Source: Salinivirgaceae bacterium
GTDB lineage: Bacteria; Bacteroidota; Bacteroidia; Bacteroidales; SZUA-534
NCBI GenBank assembly: GCA_024405635.1
Contig: JAKSOL010000012.1
Location: forward strand, 8,813 to 72,812
Length of the DNA stretch: 64,000 nucleotides
Direction of reading: 5' to 3'
Both the position numbers and the translations under genes were made by a program. Positions 29,220-39,155 of this stretch are shown here, in pieces. Below the pieces are notes generated by a model. That model was not told where the DNA came from. It ran no database searches and saw nothing but the letters and a program-made list of their open reading frames with translations. Position 1 is the first letter of the stretch. The number at the start of each line of letters is the position of its first letter.

Positions 29220-29328
29220 TAACTTAAAAATGAGCGACATATAATAAGAGAGGCCATTTGGTCTCTCTTTTTTTTTGATTTGTATTCGTAAAAAGCTATT
29301 TTTAAGAGAACAATAAAACCATACAACT

Positions 29329-30012
29329 ATGGAAATGAAAAAGAACCCCAAAGCCGACATGCAACGCCACACTGGCCTATTCTTGGAAATTGGGTTGGCT
29401 TTATCATTAGCACTGGTATTAGGCGTAATTTCATACACAGTGCGCGAGAAAAACACCTCTTTCTTGACCGACAATCGCGGTGAGGAATTGAGCGAGGAAC
29501 TATTACCTATTAATACCTATAGGCAAGAAACTCCACCTCCACCAAAAGAGATGCCAAAAATTGCTGAGATTATCAATATTATTGACGACCCCGATGTGGA
29601 AATTCCTGATGATATATGGGAGGTTGTTGATCCAGAAGATAATCTTGCAGTTGACATTATTCCAATGGATTTTACTGAAGAAGTTGTTGAAGACGAAGTT
29701 CCATTTATCACCGCTGAAGTGATGCCGGAATTTCCGGGAGGAATAGTAGCATTGCAAAAGTACATTGCTCAACACGTTGTTTTTCCTGAAGTTGCAAAAC
29801 AAAATGGTGCACAAGGAAAAGTGTATGTTAGTTTTGTTATAGGTAAAACTGGCGAAGTTGAGGATGTAAAAATACTTCGTGGAGTTGATCCTGCGCTTGA
29901 CAAAGAGGCAATTCGTGTAGTAAAGAGCCTTCCAAAGTGGAAACCAGGCTCGCAACGTGGAAAAGCAGTGAGGGTGGCATATAACGTACCAATTAGTTTT
30001 AAACTAAATTAG
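29329..30012 (+). CDS. tonB: Energy transducer TonB
   Basis: N-terminal TM, PPPP, MPEFPGG, QGKVYVSFVI, WKPGSQRGK. Confidence 0.9.
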   Translation: MEMKKNPKADMQRHTGLFLEIGLALSLALVLGVISYTVREKNTSFLTDNRGEELSEELLPINTYRQETPPPPKEMPKIAEIINIIDDPDVEIPDDIWEVVDPEDNLAVDIIPMDFTEEVVEDEVPFITAEVMPEFPGGIVALQKYIAQHVVFPEVAKQNGAQGKVYVSFVIGKTGEVEDVKILRGVDPALDKEAIRVVKSLPKWKPGSQRGKAVRVAYNVPISFKLN

Positions 30013-30028
30013 TAAAACATATAGTTCG

Positions 30029-30066
30029 AAAAGCCGATAATTGATTTTCCAATTGTCGGCTTTTTT
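30029..30066 (+). terminator. Intrinsic terminator after first tonB
   Basis: aaaagccgataattg-loop-caattgtcggctttttt. Confidence 0.8.
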
Positions 30067-30243
30067 AGTGTTATGCCAATTGAAATTTAGTATCAAGAGT
30101 TCAGTGTAGGCTAATTGTAGTAGCCCAATATGTTGTAACACAATTGTTTCAATTAGCGATTAAGTAGTAACAAACGATTGCATTTTTTGCTTTGTTTTTC
30201 TAATCAAAGATTCTACTTTAGGCGCATCAAAAAAATCATTTTT

Positions 30244-30924
30244 ATGGAACTAAAAAAGAACCCAAAAGCCGACATGAGCCGTCATGCTTTTCTCTTTCTA
30301 GAGATTGGTTTGGCTTGTGCTTTATTATTAGTGCTCGGCGCATTTAGCTACACGGTTCGCGAAAAAAATACCGCTGGTTTGGGCGAACTTGAAGATGTAG
30401 TTGCAGAAGAGGAGATTATTCCTATTACACGTCAACAAGAAGCTCCACCTCCACCACCACAAGAAGTACCAAAAGTGGCTGAGGTTATTGACATCGTAGA
30501 TGACGACGTTGAAATTGAAGACGAGTTGACTATCGATGACGTTGAGGCTGACCAAGACACACAAGTTGAAATTGTGGAAATGGCAGAAGAGGAAGAGGTT
30601 GAAGAAGAGGAAGTGTTTATCGTTGTAGAAAACATGCCTGAATTCCCTGGTGGCGACGCCGCTCTTCGTAAACATATTGCACAAAACGTTGTGTTCCCTG
30701 AAATAGCCAAAGAAAACGGTATTCAAGGAAAAGTATATGTAAGCTTTGTGATTAACCAAAAAGGCGAAGTTGAGAATGTTAAAGTTCTTCGTGGCGTTGA
30801 TCCTTCGCTCGATAAAGAAGCTATCCGTGTGGTTAAAGCACTTCCAAAATGGAAACCAGGTTCACAACGCGGAAAACCAGTTAAGGTTTCGTACAACGTA
30901 CCTATCAATTTCCAATTGAACTAA
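30244..30924 (+). CDS. tonB: Energy transducer TonB (tandem paralogue)
   Basis: ATG 30244 (MELKKNPKAD); same motifs as the upstream copy. Confidence 0.9.
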   Translation: MELKKNPKADMSRHAFLFLEIGLACALLLVLGAFSYTVREKNTAGLGELEDVVAEEEIIPITRQQEAPPPPPQEVPKVAEVIDIVDDDVEIEDELTIDDVEADQDTQVEIVEMAEEEEVEEEEVFIVVENMPEFPGGDAALRKHIAQNVVFPEIAKENGIQGKVYVSFVINQKGEVENVKVLRGVDPSLDKEAIRVVKALPKWKPGSQRGKPVKVSYNVPINFQLN

Positions 30925-30947
30925 CCAAGAACCTAACAAATAACACC

Positions 30948-30981
30948 AAGCCGACAGCTTTCTTAGTTGTCGGCTTTTTTT
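30948..30981 (+). terminator. Intrinsic terminator after second tonB
   Basis: aagccgacagct-loop-agttgtcggcttttttt. Confidence 0.8.
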
Positions 30982-31011
30982 GTTCATGGTTGTTGGCTAA
31001 AATTTAGTTTG

Positions 31012-31425
31012 TTACTTGCTGTTATAGTCTTCTATTATTTTGTGAACAATAGGAAGGTCGGCAGCAGCCCAATCAAGATGCATAAGCTCGTTTGCTTTGA
31101 GCCAAGCGAAATCATTGTGTTCAGTGAGTTGAAATGTGTTAGAAGTTTGTTCGCAAGCAAATGCCTGCATTGTAATGTCAAAATCGGGGTAGCTGTGATG
31201 TACTGTGCATAATGCTTTTTTTATAGCTATTTGCATGTGCAGTTCTTCGCCAATTTCACGAACAATGGCATCTTCTGGAGTCTCGTTAGGTTCAATTTTC
31301 CCACCAGGGAATTCCCATTTCCATGATGTATAATTATGAATGCTTGCAGCCCGTTGTGTGCAAAGTATCTGTCTGTTACTATTTATAATAACAGCAGCAA
31401 CAACACTAACGTGTTTGCGGTTCAT
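31012..31425 (-). CDS. NUDIX hydrolase, MutT/NudG-like
   Basis: WEFPGGKIEPNETPEDAIVREIGEEL Nudix box, WAAADLP. Confidence 0.9.
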   Translation of the reverse strand: MNRKHVSVVAAVIINSNRQILCTQRAASIHNYTSWKWEFPGGKIEPNETPEDAIVREIGEELHMQIAIKKALCTVHHSYPDFDITMQAFACEQTSNTFQLTEHNDFAWLKANELMHLDWAAADLPIVHKIIEDYNSK

Positions 31426-31433
31426 TTGAATAT

Positions 31434-32336
31434 TTATTTGGCGTTTTTGATTTTTTCGTACTTGCTGATGTTGCTTGCATCAATCTCCTTAAGTACGTTG
31501 TATGCTTTGTTGCGTAGCGATTGGTCAGAGCACCCACTGAATACGTTCACAAATTCTTCAACTTTTGCATCGCACATTATCTGCATTAAGTAAGATGCTG
31601 ATTTTTGGCGATTAACCTTCAGTAGGTTGTTCATGTCGGTGGTTATGGTACGAACTGCGTCAATAGGGTTTGTCGCAAGCATATCCATTCCTAGCCGGTG
31701 ATAGGTGTAGTTAAATTCGCGAATTGGTGCGTAAACTGAGTTCATCAAATTTTCGGTAAGCCAATATCTGTTTCTTCTATCTTCATACGACTTCCAACCA
31801 GTAAACTGCGAACCTTGAGCATTGGTTACAATTTGTTGTGCTTTTTCGAAATACGGAGTGCCTCCCATTTTTGAGAACGAATCGTAATCAAATCCTAAAA
31901 TGACATAAACGTAGTAGGCAATTAGCGACGAAAGGTCGTTGTGGCTGTTTTCATTAAACACAATTTCTTCGCCATCGGTGTGACGAAAACGGACATTTTT
32001 GTCCAATATTTTCAGTATTGGCGACTCATATCCAGTGCCATATACTGGGCGACTTGATATGATTTGAATTGTACCTTGAAAATCGTCGGGATGACTATAC
32101 TGCGTGATGTTAATCAACATGTTGCACTTTATACGTTCTTCGGGCTTAAAAACGTTGTTAGTCCATACCTGACTTTGTGCAAAGTCATTAAGAGCTTTTT
32201 GAAGATTATCAAAAATTGTGCGGTCGGCACCTTGAATGTTTGAATGGTTTACTTGAATGCGTAATTCTAGTTCTTGTGCGTTGGTGGAGAATGCAAGCAG
32301 CAGCAAGAGTGAGAGTATTACGCAGTACCTTTTCAT
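31434..32336 (-). CDS. porD: Type IX secretion system protein PorD (DUF4835)
   Basis: Signal peptide ending AQEL, SRPVY, YYVYVILGFDYDSF, NRYWL, YHRLGMD; conserved position after coaBC. Confidence 0.8.
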   Translation of the reverse strand: MKRYCVILSLLLLLAFSTNAQELELRIQVNHSNIQGADRTIFDNLQKALNDFAQSQVWTNNVFKPEERIKCNMLINITQYSHPDDFQGTIQIISSRPVYGTGYESPILKILDKNVRFRHTDGEEIVFNENSHNDLSSLIAYYVYVILGFDYDSFSKMGGTPYFEKAQQIVTNAQGSQFTGWKSYEDRRNRYWLTENLMNSVYAPIREFNYTYHRLGMDMLATNPIDAVRTITTDMNNLLKVNRQKSASYLMQIMCDAKVEEFVNVFSGCSDQSLRNKAYNVLKEIDASNISKYEKIKNAK

Positions 32337-33538
32337 ATTGTAGAAAGGGTTTCGGTTATTTGGTCTAAAATATCGGCGGCAACTAGTTGTTTGCTTTTTT
32401 GCTCGTACTCGATTTTCTTGCCCGAACGTTGAATGATAGTGACTTTGTTAGTGTCGCATACAAATCCCGAACCCTCAACATTCGCTTGGTTCAACACAAT
32501 AAAATCAAGATTCTTTTTTTCAAGTTTGCTTTGAGCGTTTGCTAATCCGTTCTCGGTTTCAAGGGCAAAACCAACTAATGCTTGTTTTTGCTTTTTTATT
32601 TTGCCAAGACTAGCAGCAATGTCGGGATTGGGTTCTAGTTGTAGAGTGAGCGATTGTTCTGTTTTTTTCATTTTTTGCTCTGCAACCACAGCGGGGCGAT
32701 AATCGGCAACAGCGGCTGATAAAATTGCAGCGTCGCAGTTTGCAAAGTGTTCCATGCAAGTGTTAAACATTTGTTGCGCCGATTCAACGTCGATTCGAAC
32801 TACTGAAGGGTTAGAAATTTTTTGTTGCGAAGTACCGCTTATTAGAATGACTTTTGCGCCACGGCTTGCTGCTTCGTTTGCAATTGCAAATCCCATTTTC
32901 CCCGATGAGTAGTTGCCAATAAAACGTACTGGATCAATTTTTTCGTACGTAGGTCCAGCGGTTACTAAAATGGTTTTTCCAGCAAGTGTCTGTTGTTTGG
33001 CAAAGTGATTAGCTATTGTGCTGGCAATTTGCTCAGGTTCTGCCATTCGTCCTTTTCCTATCAATCCGCTTGCGAGTTCACCGCTATCGGCATCTATAAT
33101 AATGTTTCCAAAAGAGCGCAAAGTAGCCAAGTTGTGTTGTGTGGCTGGGTGTGCGTACATGTCCAAATCCATTGCAGGTGCAATAAATACGGGACATTTA
33201 GCTGATAGGTATGAAGTTACAAGAAGATTATCGGCAATGCCATTGGCCATTTTTCCTATGGTGTTGGCGGTTGCGGGCGCAATGACCATTGCATCGGCCC
33301 ATAGTCCTAGGCTGACATGGCTATTCCAATCGCCGTTTTCAGGGTTATAGAACTCGGTTAAAACGGGATTTTTTGCCAATGTGGCAAGGGTAAGAGGTGC
33401 AATAAATTGTTTGGCCGAGGGTGTCATTACAACTTTTACGTTGGCACCCTCTTTAACAAACAAACGGACGAGATAAGCCGCTTTATAGGCAGCTATCCCC
33501 CCCGTAATGCCTAGTAAGATATTTTTACCCGACAACAT
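32333..33538 (-). CDS. coaBC: Bifunctional phosphopantothenoylcysteine decarboxylase/ligase
   Basis: GITGGIAAYK, APATANT, PAMDLDM, TAGPTYEKIDPVRFIGNYSSGKMG, GFALET. Confidence 0.96.
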   Translation of the reverse strand: MLSGKNILLGITGGIAAYKAAYLVRLFVKEGANVKVVMTPSAKQFIAPLTLATLAKNPVLTEFYNPENGDWNSHVSLGLWADAMVIAPATANTIGKMANGIADNLLVTSYLSAKCPVFIAPAMDLDMYAHPATQHNLATLRSFGNIIIDADSGELASGLIGKGRMAEPEQIASTIANHFAKQQTLAGKTILVTAGPTYEKIDPVRFIGNYSSGKMGFAIANEAASRGAKVILISGTSQQKISNPSVVRIDVESAQQMFNTCMEHFANCDAAILSAAVADYRPAVVAEQKMKKTEQSLTLQLEPNPDIAASLGKIKKQKQALVGFALETENGLANAQSKLEKKNLDFIVLNQANVEGSGFVCDTNKVTIIQRSGKKIEYEQKSKQLVAADILDQITETLSTI

Positions 33539-33553
33539 AATTGTTGGCCGGTT

Positions 33554-33883
33554 TTATTTTGCGTCTTCGTCAGGATGACGCCAAGTGATTTCGTCGTTTG
33601 AGAATTCCTCGGTAGCGATAGATGTTGGTTTTGGCATCTTTTCGTAGAACTTAGAAATCTCAATTTGTTCACGGTTTTCAAATACTTCTTCTAAATTGTC
33701 GGTATATGAAGCAAACTCCTCAAGTTTGTTGCCAAGTTCTTTCTTAATCTCGGTTGAGATTTGGTTTGCGCGGCGCGAAATGATTGCGATGCTTTGGTAT
33801 AAATTACCAGTTTTTGATTCGATGCCTCTTAAATCGCGAGTAATGGTGCTCGTTGGAGCAGTAGTTTTTTTGTAATCTGCCAT
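33554..33883 (-). CDS. rpoZ: RNA polymerase omega subunit (Bacteroidetes type)
   Basis: TGNLY..I..RANQI, LEEVFENREQIEISKFYE. Confidence 0.9.
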   Translation of the reverse strand: MADYKKTTAPTSTITRDLRGIESKTGNLYQSIAIISRRANQISTEIKKELGNKLEEFASYTDNLEEVFENREQIEISKFYEKMPKPTSIATEEFSNDEITWRHPDEDAK

Positions 33884-33886
33884 CTC

Positions 33887-34681
33887 TTATAAATTTTTGA
33901 TTTGGTTTACTGTTTTTTGGTACATGTCCTCAATTTCTTTAATGTATTGAGATTGAGGATATTCGTCTATAAATGCGTAGTATTCAGTAACTGTGTTTTG
34001 AAAACGTTCAGCTTTTTTTGATTCAATGCTATTTTCAGCTAATAAATAGCTCGATTTTACCACCATATACATTAGTTCTTCGCGGTATTTTGTATCGGGA
34101 TATTCTTTCAAACTATTGTGAAGAGTAATGGTAGCTGCTTGGTAATCGCCAATTTGGTAGTATAGTTTGGCGGTCATGTATGATTTTTCTTCTAGTTTGT
34201 GTCTCAATTCGCTTATCAAGTTGTTGCAGTCTTCAACTTTGTTACCGTTAGGGAATTTGTTTATGTAAGTTTGAAATGCATTAATGGCTTTAATTGTAGT
34301 AGTTTGGTCTAGGTCGGGTCGTGGAGAGTCTTTGTAGTAGCAATATGCTGCCATGTAGTATGCCAACTCAACGCTATCGTTAAGTGGATATGTGGTGTAA
34401 AAGTTCTCAAAGTAGTGAGACCCAAACACGTAGTCGCCTAAATGGTAAAAGCAATCGGCATACAAAAACAAAGCCCTTTCTCCTTTGTCGCTACCTTTCA
34501 TTACGTTAACAACGTTGTCAAACAATGTTTTTGCACGGAAATAGTCGCCGTATTCGTAGTAATCGAGCGCTTTGTTGTACATTAGGTTATAGTCGTTGCT
34601 TTGTTGGATACGATAATACTCGCTGCAATTAGCGAATAGTAATCCTAACAACAACCAAGCTATGCTTTTAATTTTATTCAT
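33887..34681 (-). CDS. bamD: Outer-membrane protein assembly factor BamD
   Basis: Lipobox FANC, TPR repeats, LDQTTT.KAI, YPDTKYRE; in bamD-rpoZ-coaBC order. Confidence 0.9.
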   Translation of the reverse strand: MNKIKSIAWLLLGLLFANCSEYYRIQQSNDYNLMYNKALDYYEYGDYFRAKTLFDNVVNVMKGSDKGERALFLYADCFYHLGDYVFGSHYFENFYTTYPLNDSVELAYYMAAYCYYKDSPRPDLDQTTTIKAINAFQTYINKFPNGNKVEDCNNLISELRHKLEEKSYMTAKLYYQIGDYQAATITLHNSLKEYPDTKYREELMYMVVKSSYLLAENSIESKKAERFQNTVTEYYAFIDEYPQSQYIKEIEDMYQKTVNQIKNL

Positions 34682-35016
34682 AACTGCTTATAAACTATTA
34701 CCTAACGTGCTTTTTTGATATTTATTGGATACAACCCAAAAAATGGACTGCAAATATACATAAATGCTTTATAGTTAATATTCTATTTTTCTTCTTTGCT
34801 ATGCTTTTAGGTATGTTTTTGCGATATTTGTTTTGGTTGTTGTGCAGTACGTTGTTTTTTTCTTTTATGGTGGTTTATGGTGTCGAAATATGTAATTGCT
34901 TTGGTTATGTGTGGTTTAAACTAAAAAAGTTTGTGCTTTTTTGTTAATAAATAGACAATAATCATAAAAATAATGTTGATATATTCGCACATGGAACTAT
35001 TGTAAATGACAAATTG

Positions 35017-35499
35017 ATGAAATTGCTAAAAAAAATAAAGCTGAAGAATGTGTACATAGTTTTGATGGCGTTTTACCTTATTGTGGTAGGTATAATGTGT
35101 ATGTATGCAAATTCGGCAGTTGATTTGGTTAAGGGTAGCGATTTGTTTGAAACGTTAAATAAAATCCAAAAGCCGATAAGTGTTGCCAATATTGTGTTTT
35201 TTGCAGTGCTGTTGGTAGTTTCGGTGTTTATTTATATGCATCATAACAAAAAAATGCCAATGTATTTGGCATGCGCAACTTATAGCGCATTCACGTTATT
35301 TATATATGTGCGATTAAGCCAAATATTTTATCAGGTTGGCGGCGATGGACCTACTTCGGGCAATTATTGGCTCCTTGTCTTTATTGGTGTTATTTTTATT
35401 GCTGGTGCGTTAATTGTTTCGGCCATGGCCACAATAGCCATCAAGAATTTACTTAAGCATAATCAAAAAATCAATTATATAGAAAGGAAACAGAAATGA
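35017..35499 (+). CDS. Hypothetical 4-TM membrane protein
   Basis: Four hydrophobic segments; overlaps the next start. Confidence 0.6.
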   Translation: MKLLKKIKLKNVYIVLMAFYLIVVGIMCMYANSAVDLVKGSDLFETLNKIQKPISVANIVFFAVLLVVSVFIYMHHNKKMPMYLACATYSAFTLFIYVRLSQIFYQVGGDGPTSGNYWLLVFIGVIFIAGALIVSAMATIAIKNLLKHNQKINYIERKQK

Positions 35500-35915
35500 G
35501 CAGTTCTTTGTTTATTAAGGGCAATGATATTTCGCCTCAAGTTTATTTCGATGTAAACAAATGTATATATGAAATAAATGGACGATCGATGTCAGTTAGC
35601 GCCATCTCAACATTCCAAACTGTTTTGGATTGGGTGGCTAATGAGTTGCCAGGAATTACAAACTCGTTTACTCTTGCGCTTAAGTTTCAATATTTGAATT
35701 CCTCTTCAAGTAAAATGGTAGGGGTGTTGTTATCTGATTTGGAAACACAATATCTGTCGGGAAAAGTGATTGATGTTGAGTGGTATTTTGATAACGACGA
35801 CGAAGACATTCAGGCACTAGGCGATGAATTTGTTAGTTCAAAAAAGATGCCTATTAAGCTGATTGGAGTTGACGATATGTCGCAGATTTTTAGAACTTGG
35901 CGTACTGATGATTAA
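35496..35915 (+). CDS. SiaC / DUF1987-family protein
   Basis: SPQVYF, INGRS, FQYLNSSSSK, VEWYFDNDDEDI..LGDEF. Confidence 0.8.
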   Translation: MSSSLFIKGNDISPQVYFDVNKCIYEINGRSMSVSAISTFQTVLDWVANELPGITNSFTLALKFQYLNSSSSKMVGVLLSDLETQYLSGKVIDVEWYFDNDDEDIQALGDEFVSSKKMPIKLIGVDDMSQIFRTWRTDD

Positions 35916-36291
35916 ACTAATTTTAGCTGTAGGTGCGGGCAGTTTCCTTGGGGGAATTGCTCGTTTTTTATTGTCGAAAAGTATAAATGCGGTGTCAGTA
36001 TTTGCTTTTCCATTAGCAACATTTGTGGTAAACATACTAGGTTGTTTTGCTATTGGTTTTTTTAGCGGAATGGCATTGCATTCGTCGCAAATTAACGAAA
36101 CATGGCGTTTGTTTTTAACAGTTGGGTTTTGTGGTGGATTTACTACGTTTTCAACTTTTGCAAACGAGAATCTTAATTTGCTGCAAAATGATCATATTGT
36201 TGGTTTTGCTCTCTATGCAGCTTTAAGCCTTTTTGTTGGTATAATCGCTGTATATTTGGGCAATTTATTATCAAGTAATATTTTTAAATAA
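35908..36291 (+). CDS. crcB: Fluoride efflux channel CrcB (Fluc)
   Basis: G..LGGIARF, FPLATFVVNILGCF, GFCGGFTTFSTF. Confidence 0.93.
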   Translation: MIKLILAVGAGSFLGGIARFLLSKSINAVSVFAFPLATFVVNILGCFAIGFFSGMALHSSQINETWRLFLTVGFCGGFTTFSTFANENLNLLQNDHIVGFALYAALSLFVGIIAVYLGNLLSSNIFK

Positions 36292-36301
36292 CATACTGAA
36301 A

Positions 36302-37267
36302 ATGAGACATTTTACATCGGTTTTCGATTTGCCAAACCTAAACGAAGCTCTGAAACAAGCTGCCGAGGTTAAGAAAAATCCATTTGGATACGAGCACTTG
36401 GGCAAGCACAAAACATGCTTGCTAATTTTCTTTAACAATAGTTTGAGAACACGCTTAAGCACTCAAAAAGCAGCACGCAATTTGGGTATGGACGTAATTG
36501 TTCTTGATGTTAACCAAGGAGCATGGAAACTTGAAACTGAGCGCGGTGTTATTATGGATGGCGACAAAAGTGAACACTTGTTGGAGGCTATTCCAGTAAT
36601 GGCTCAATACTGCGATGTGTTGGGAGTTCGTTCGTTTGCGCGTTTCGAGAGTCGCGAGGACGACTACACCGAAAAGATTCTTAATCAATTTATTAAATAC
36701 TCGGGTAAACCAGTTTTCTCAATGGAAGCTGCTACAGGCCATCCACTTCAAGCTTTGGCTGACCTTATTACCATTGAAGAACACAAAAAAGTTGAGCGTC
36801 CTAAAGTTGTGTTGACATGGGCTCCACATCCACGTGCACTGCCTCAAGCTGTACCAAACTCGTTTGCTGACTTTATGAATGAGGCTAATGTTGACTTTGT
36901 AATTACTCACCCCGAAGGGTACGAACTTGACCCTAAATTTGTTCGTGGTGCAAAAGTAGAGTACAACCAAAAGAAGGCTTTTGAAGGCGCTGACTTTATC
37001 TACGCAAAAAACTGGTCGTGCCCAGGTGTAACTAATCCTGACAAATATGGTCAGATTTTGAGCAAAGACATGAGCTGGACTGTTGATACAGAACACATGA
37101 ATTGGACCAACGATGCCAAATTTATGCACTGCTTGCCAGTTCGCCGTAACATGATTGTAACCGACGACGTTATTGAAAGTCCAAATTCAATTGTGATTCA
37201 AGAAGCAGCCAACCGCGTTGTGTCGGCTCAAACAGTTTTGAAGATGATTTTGGAGAGCGAGTTTTAA
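36302..37267 (+). CDS. argF: N-succinylornithine (N-acylornithine) carbamoyltransferase ArgF'
   Basis: FFNNSLRT, GVIMDGDKSEH, HPLQ, TWAPHP, HCLPVRRN. Confidence 0.9.
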   Translation: MRHFTSVFDLPNLNEALKQAAEVKKNPFGYEHLGKHKTCLLIFFNNSLRTRLSTQKAARNLGMDVIVLDVNQGAWKLETERGVIMDGDKSEHLLEAIPVMAQYCDVLGVRSFARFESREDDYTEKILNQFIKYSGKPVFSMEAATGHPLQALADLITIEEHKKVERPKVVLTWAPHPRALPQAVPNSFADFMNEANVDFVITHPEGYELDPKFVRGAKVEYNQKKAFEGADFIYAKNWSCPGVTNPDKYGQILSKDMSWTVDTEHMNWTNDAKFMHCLPVRRNMIVTDDVIESPNSIVIQEAANRVVSAQTVLKMILESEF

Positions 37268-37310
37268 CTGAACTGAAAGTTCTATAGAACCCACGTTGTG
37301 TATTAAAAAT

Positions 37311-37353
37311 CCATGTATCTAATTGGCTTTTATACAATTAGATGCATGGATTT
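37311..37353 (+). terminator. Hairpin downstream of argF'
   Basis: ccatgtatctaattg-loop-caattagatgcatgg followed by attt. Confidence 0.6.
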
Positions 37354-37586
37354 CTTTATTGTAAAGTACTATAAAATGCTCGTTGCAGACTGATTTCAAA
37401 AGTTCCACCTATTACTTGCTTGCAAGTCGTTGATTTTTAACTAGGTATAGACAATGAAAGTCTAAAATCTTTGGTTTTCGATTAAAATACAACGGGGTAT
37501 GAATGGATACTTTTTACGCAAAAGAAAGGTGTTGGAAGAATAACGCAGAAATCTTTTCGAGATAAAGCAATTGTATTACAATTAAC

Positions 37587-37619
37587 AAGGCATGCCCACT
37601 TGCAAGGCATGCTTTTTTT
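37587..37619 (+). terminator. Orphan intrinsic terminator in an intergenic gap
   Basis: aaggcatgcc-loop-ggcatgc followed by T7. Confidence 0.6.
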
Positions 37620-37694
37620 GTGTGTTTTGTGAACTTTTATACTTTCCAACTTTAGTACACTTTGCTATATTGCCATAACCAAAACACAAGAACT

Positions 37695-38573
37695 ATGAAA
37701 TGTACAATTGAGAATCGTAATTTAAAGGCAAGTATAGTGAGCGAAGGCGCTGAACTTTGCTCAATAAAATCGCAAGCAACTGGAATAGAATATGTTTGGC
37801 AAGCCGATCCGTTGGTGTGGGGCAGTAGCGCACCAGTGTTGTTTCCTATTGTTGGTGGATTAAAAAACGGAAGTTTTACATACGGAGGAAAACAATATTC
37901 AATGCCGCGTCATGGAATTGTGCGCCGTAACGCTGATGTACACGTAGTTGAGCAAGAGAGCGACCGCATTACTTTTGAACTTCAAACAAACGAACGGTCA
38001 TTGGCGCAATATCCGTTTAAGTTTACGTATAAAATAGGTTACCGTTTAAAAGACAACTCGCTAATTGTAACCACATCGGTCCGAAACGATGACGACAACG
38101 ATATTTTCTTTTCAATAGGCGCGCATCCTGCGTTTAATTGCCCTATTCATGCCGACCAGTCGTACTCCGATTATTATATCGATTTTGGCACAAAAGAAGA
38201 TTTGCTATCGGAAACATTAAATGCCGATGCGCTAGTTAGTGGCAAAACTCGCACAGTGTCGCAAGGTTCGGGACGAATTAATTTGACCTATTCAACATTT
38301 GAGCACGATGCGTTGATGTTTAAGAACCTAAAATCGCGCAAGGCAACTCTTTGTAGCGAAAAATATGGTCCCGTTCTTTCGGTTGAATACGACGATTACA
38401 AATACATTGGAATTTGGGCTAAACCAAATGCCGATTTTGTGTGCATCGAACCTTGGTTAGGCATTGCCGATAGTTATAATACTGATGGTGATTTTACAAA
38501 AAAAGATGGCATTATTCGTCTTGAAAAGGGCGGCACATTCTCGGCAAAATACAGCATCAACATTTTAGGATAA
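37695..38573 (+). CDS. Aldose 1-epimerase family protein (LacX-like)
   Basis: WQADP..W..SAPVLFPIVG, PRHG, IGAHPAFN, FVCIEPW. Confidence 0.9.
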   Translation: MKCTIENRNLKASIVSEGAELCSIKSQATGIEYVWQADPLVWGSSAPVLFPIVGGLKNGSFTYGGKQYSMPRHGIVRRNADVHVVEQESDRITFELQTNERSLAQYPFKFTYKIGYRLKDNSLIVTTSVRNDDDNDIFFSIGAHPAFNCPIHADQSYSDYYIDFGTKEDLLSETLNADALVSGKTRTVSQGSGRINLTYSTFEHDALMFKNLKSRKATLCSEKYGPVLSVEYDDYKYIGIWAKPNADFVCIEPWLGIADSYNTDGDFTKKDGIIRLEKGGTFSAKYSINILG

Positions 38574-39091
38574 TGGAGCAACAAGAATTAAAGAAATACA
38601 AAATATTATTTGTGTGCTTGGGCAATATTTGTCGGTCGCCAAGTGCCGAGGCTGTAATGAAACATGTTGTTGAACAACGTGGCTTGTCGCATTTGTTTGA
38701 GATAGATTCGGCTGGTATTTTGAGCTATCACCAAGGTGAACCAGCCGATCAACGAATGCAGCAACATGCTCGCAAACGCGGTTTTGAACTCACTAGCATT
38801 AGCCGGCCAGTTAAAACTGACGATTTTTGGCACTTTGACCTTATTATTGGAATGGACGACGGCAATATTCGTGACCTTTACATCCGTACACCCGATGTTG
38901 AAAGTTCTCGAAAAGTGGTGCGTATGTCGCGCTTTTTCCGAACCGACCGCGGATATGATCACGTGCCCGATCCGTATTATGGTGGAGCCCAAGGTTTTGA
39001 GTTAGTGCTTGACATGTTGCAAGAGGCTTGCGAAGAGCTTGTAGATCAGTTGCTTGCCGACAATGGCGAGTTGATTGAAAAACGCGATTGA
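38573..39091 (+). CDS. Low-molecular-weight protein tyrosine phosphatase
   Basis: VCLGNICRSP, VPDPYYGG. Confidence 0.95.
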   Translation: MEQQELKKYKILFVCLGNICRSPSAEAVMKHVVEQRGLSHLFEIDSAGILSYHQGEPADQRMQQHARKRGFELTSISRPVKTDDFWHFDLIIGMDDGNIRDLYIRTPDVESSRKVVRMSRFFRTDRGYDHVPDPYYGGAQGFELVLDMLQEACEELVDQLLADNGELIEKRD

Positions 39092-39155
39092 GTATAGTTA
39101 CAACGGATTGAGAGCCAAAACAAATAGTTACTTTTGCCTATCGTTTTAAACATTT

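Noticed and set aside
35818-35880. Possible fluoride riboswitch (GGCGATG...) upstream of crcB
   Set aside because: Lies inside the DUF1987 coding sequence and lacks the closely spaced complementary TCGCC of stem P1.
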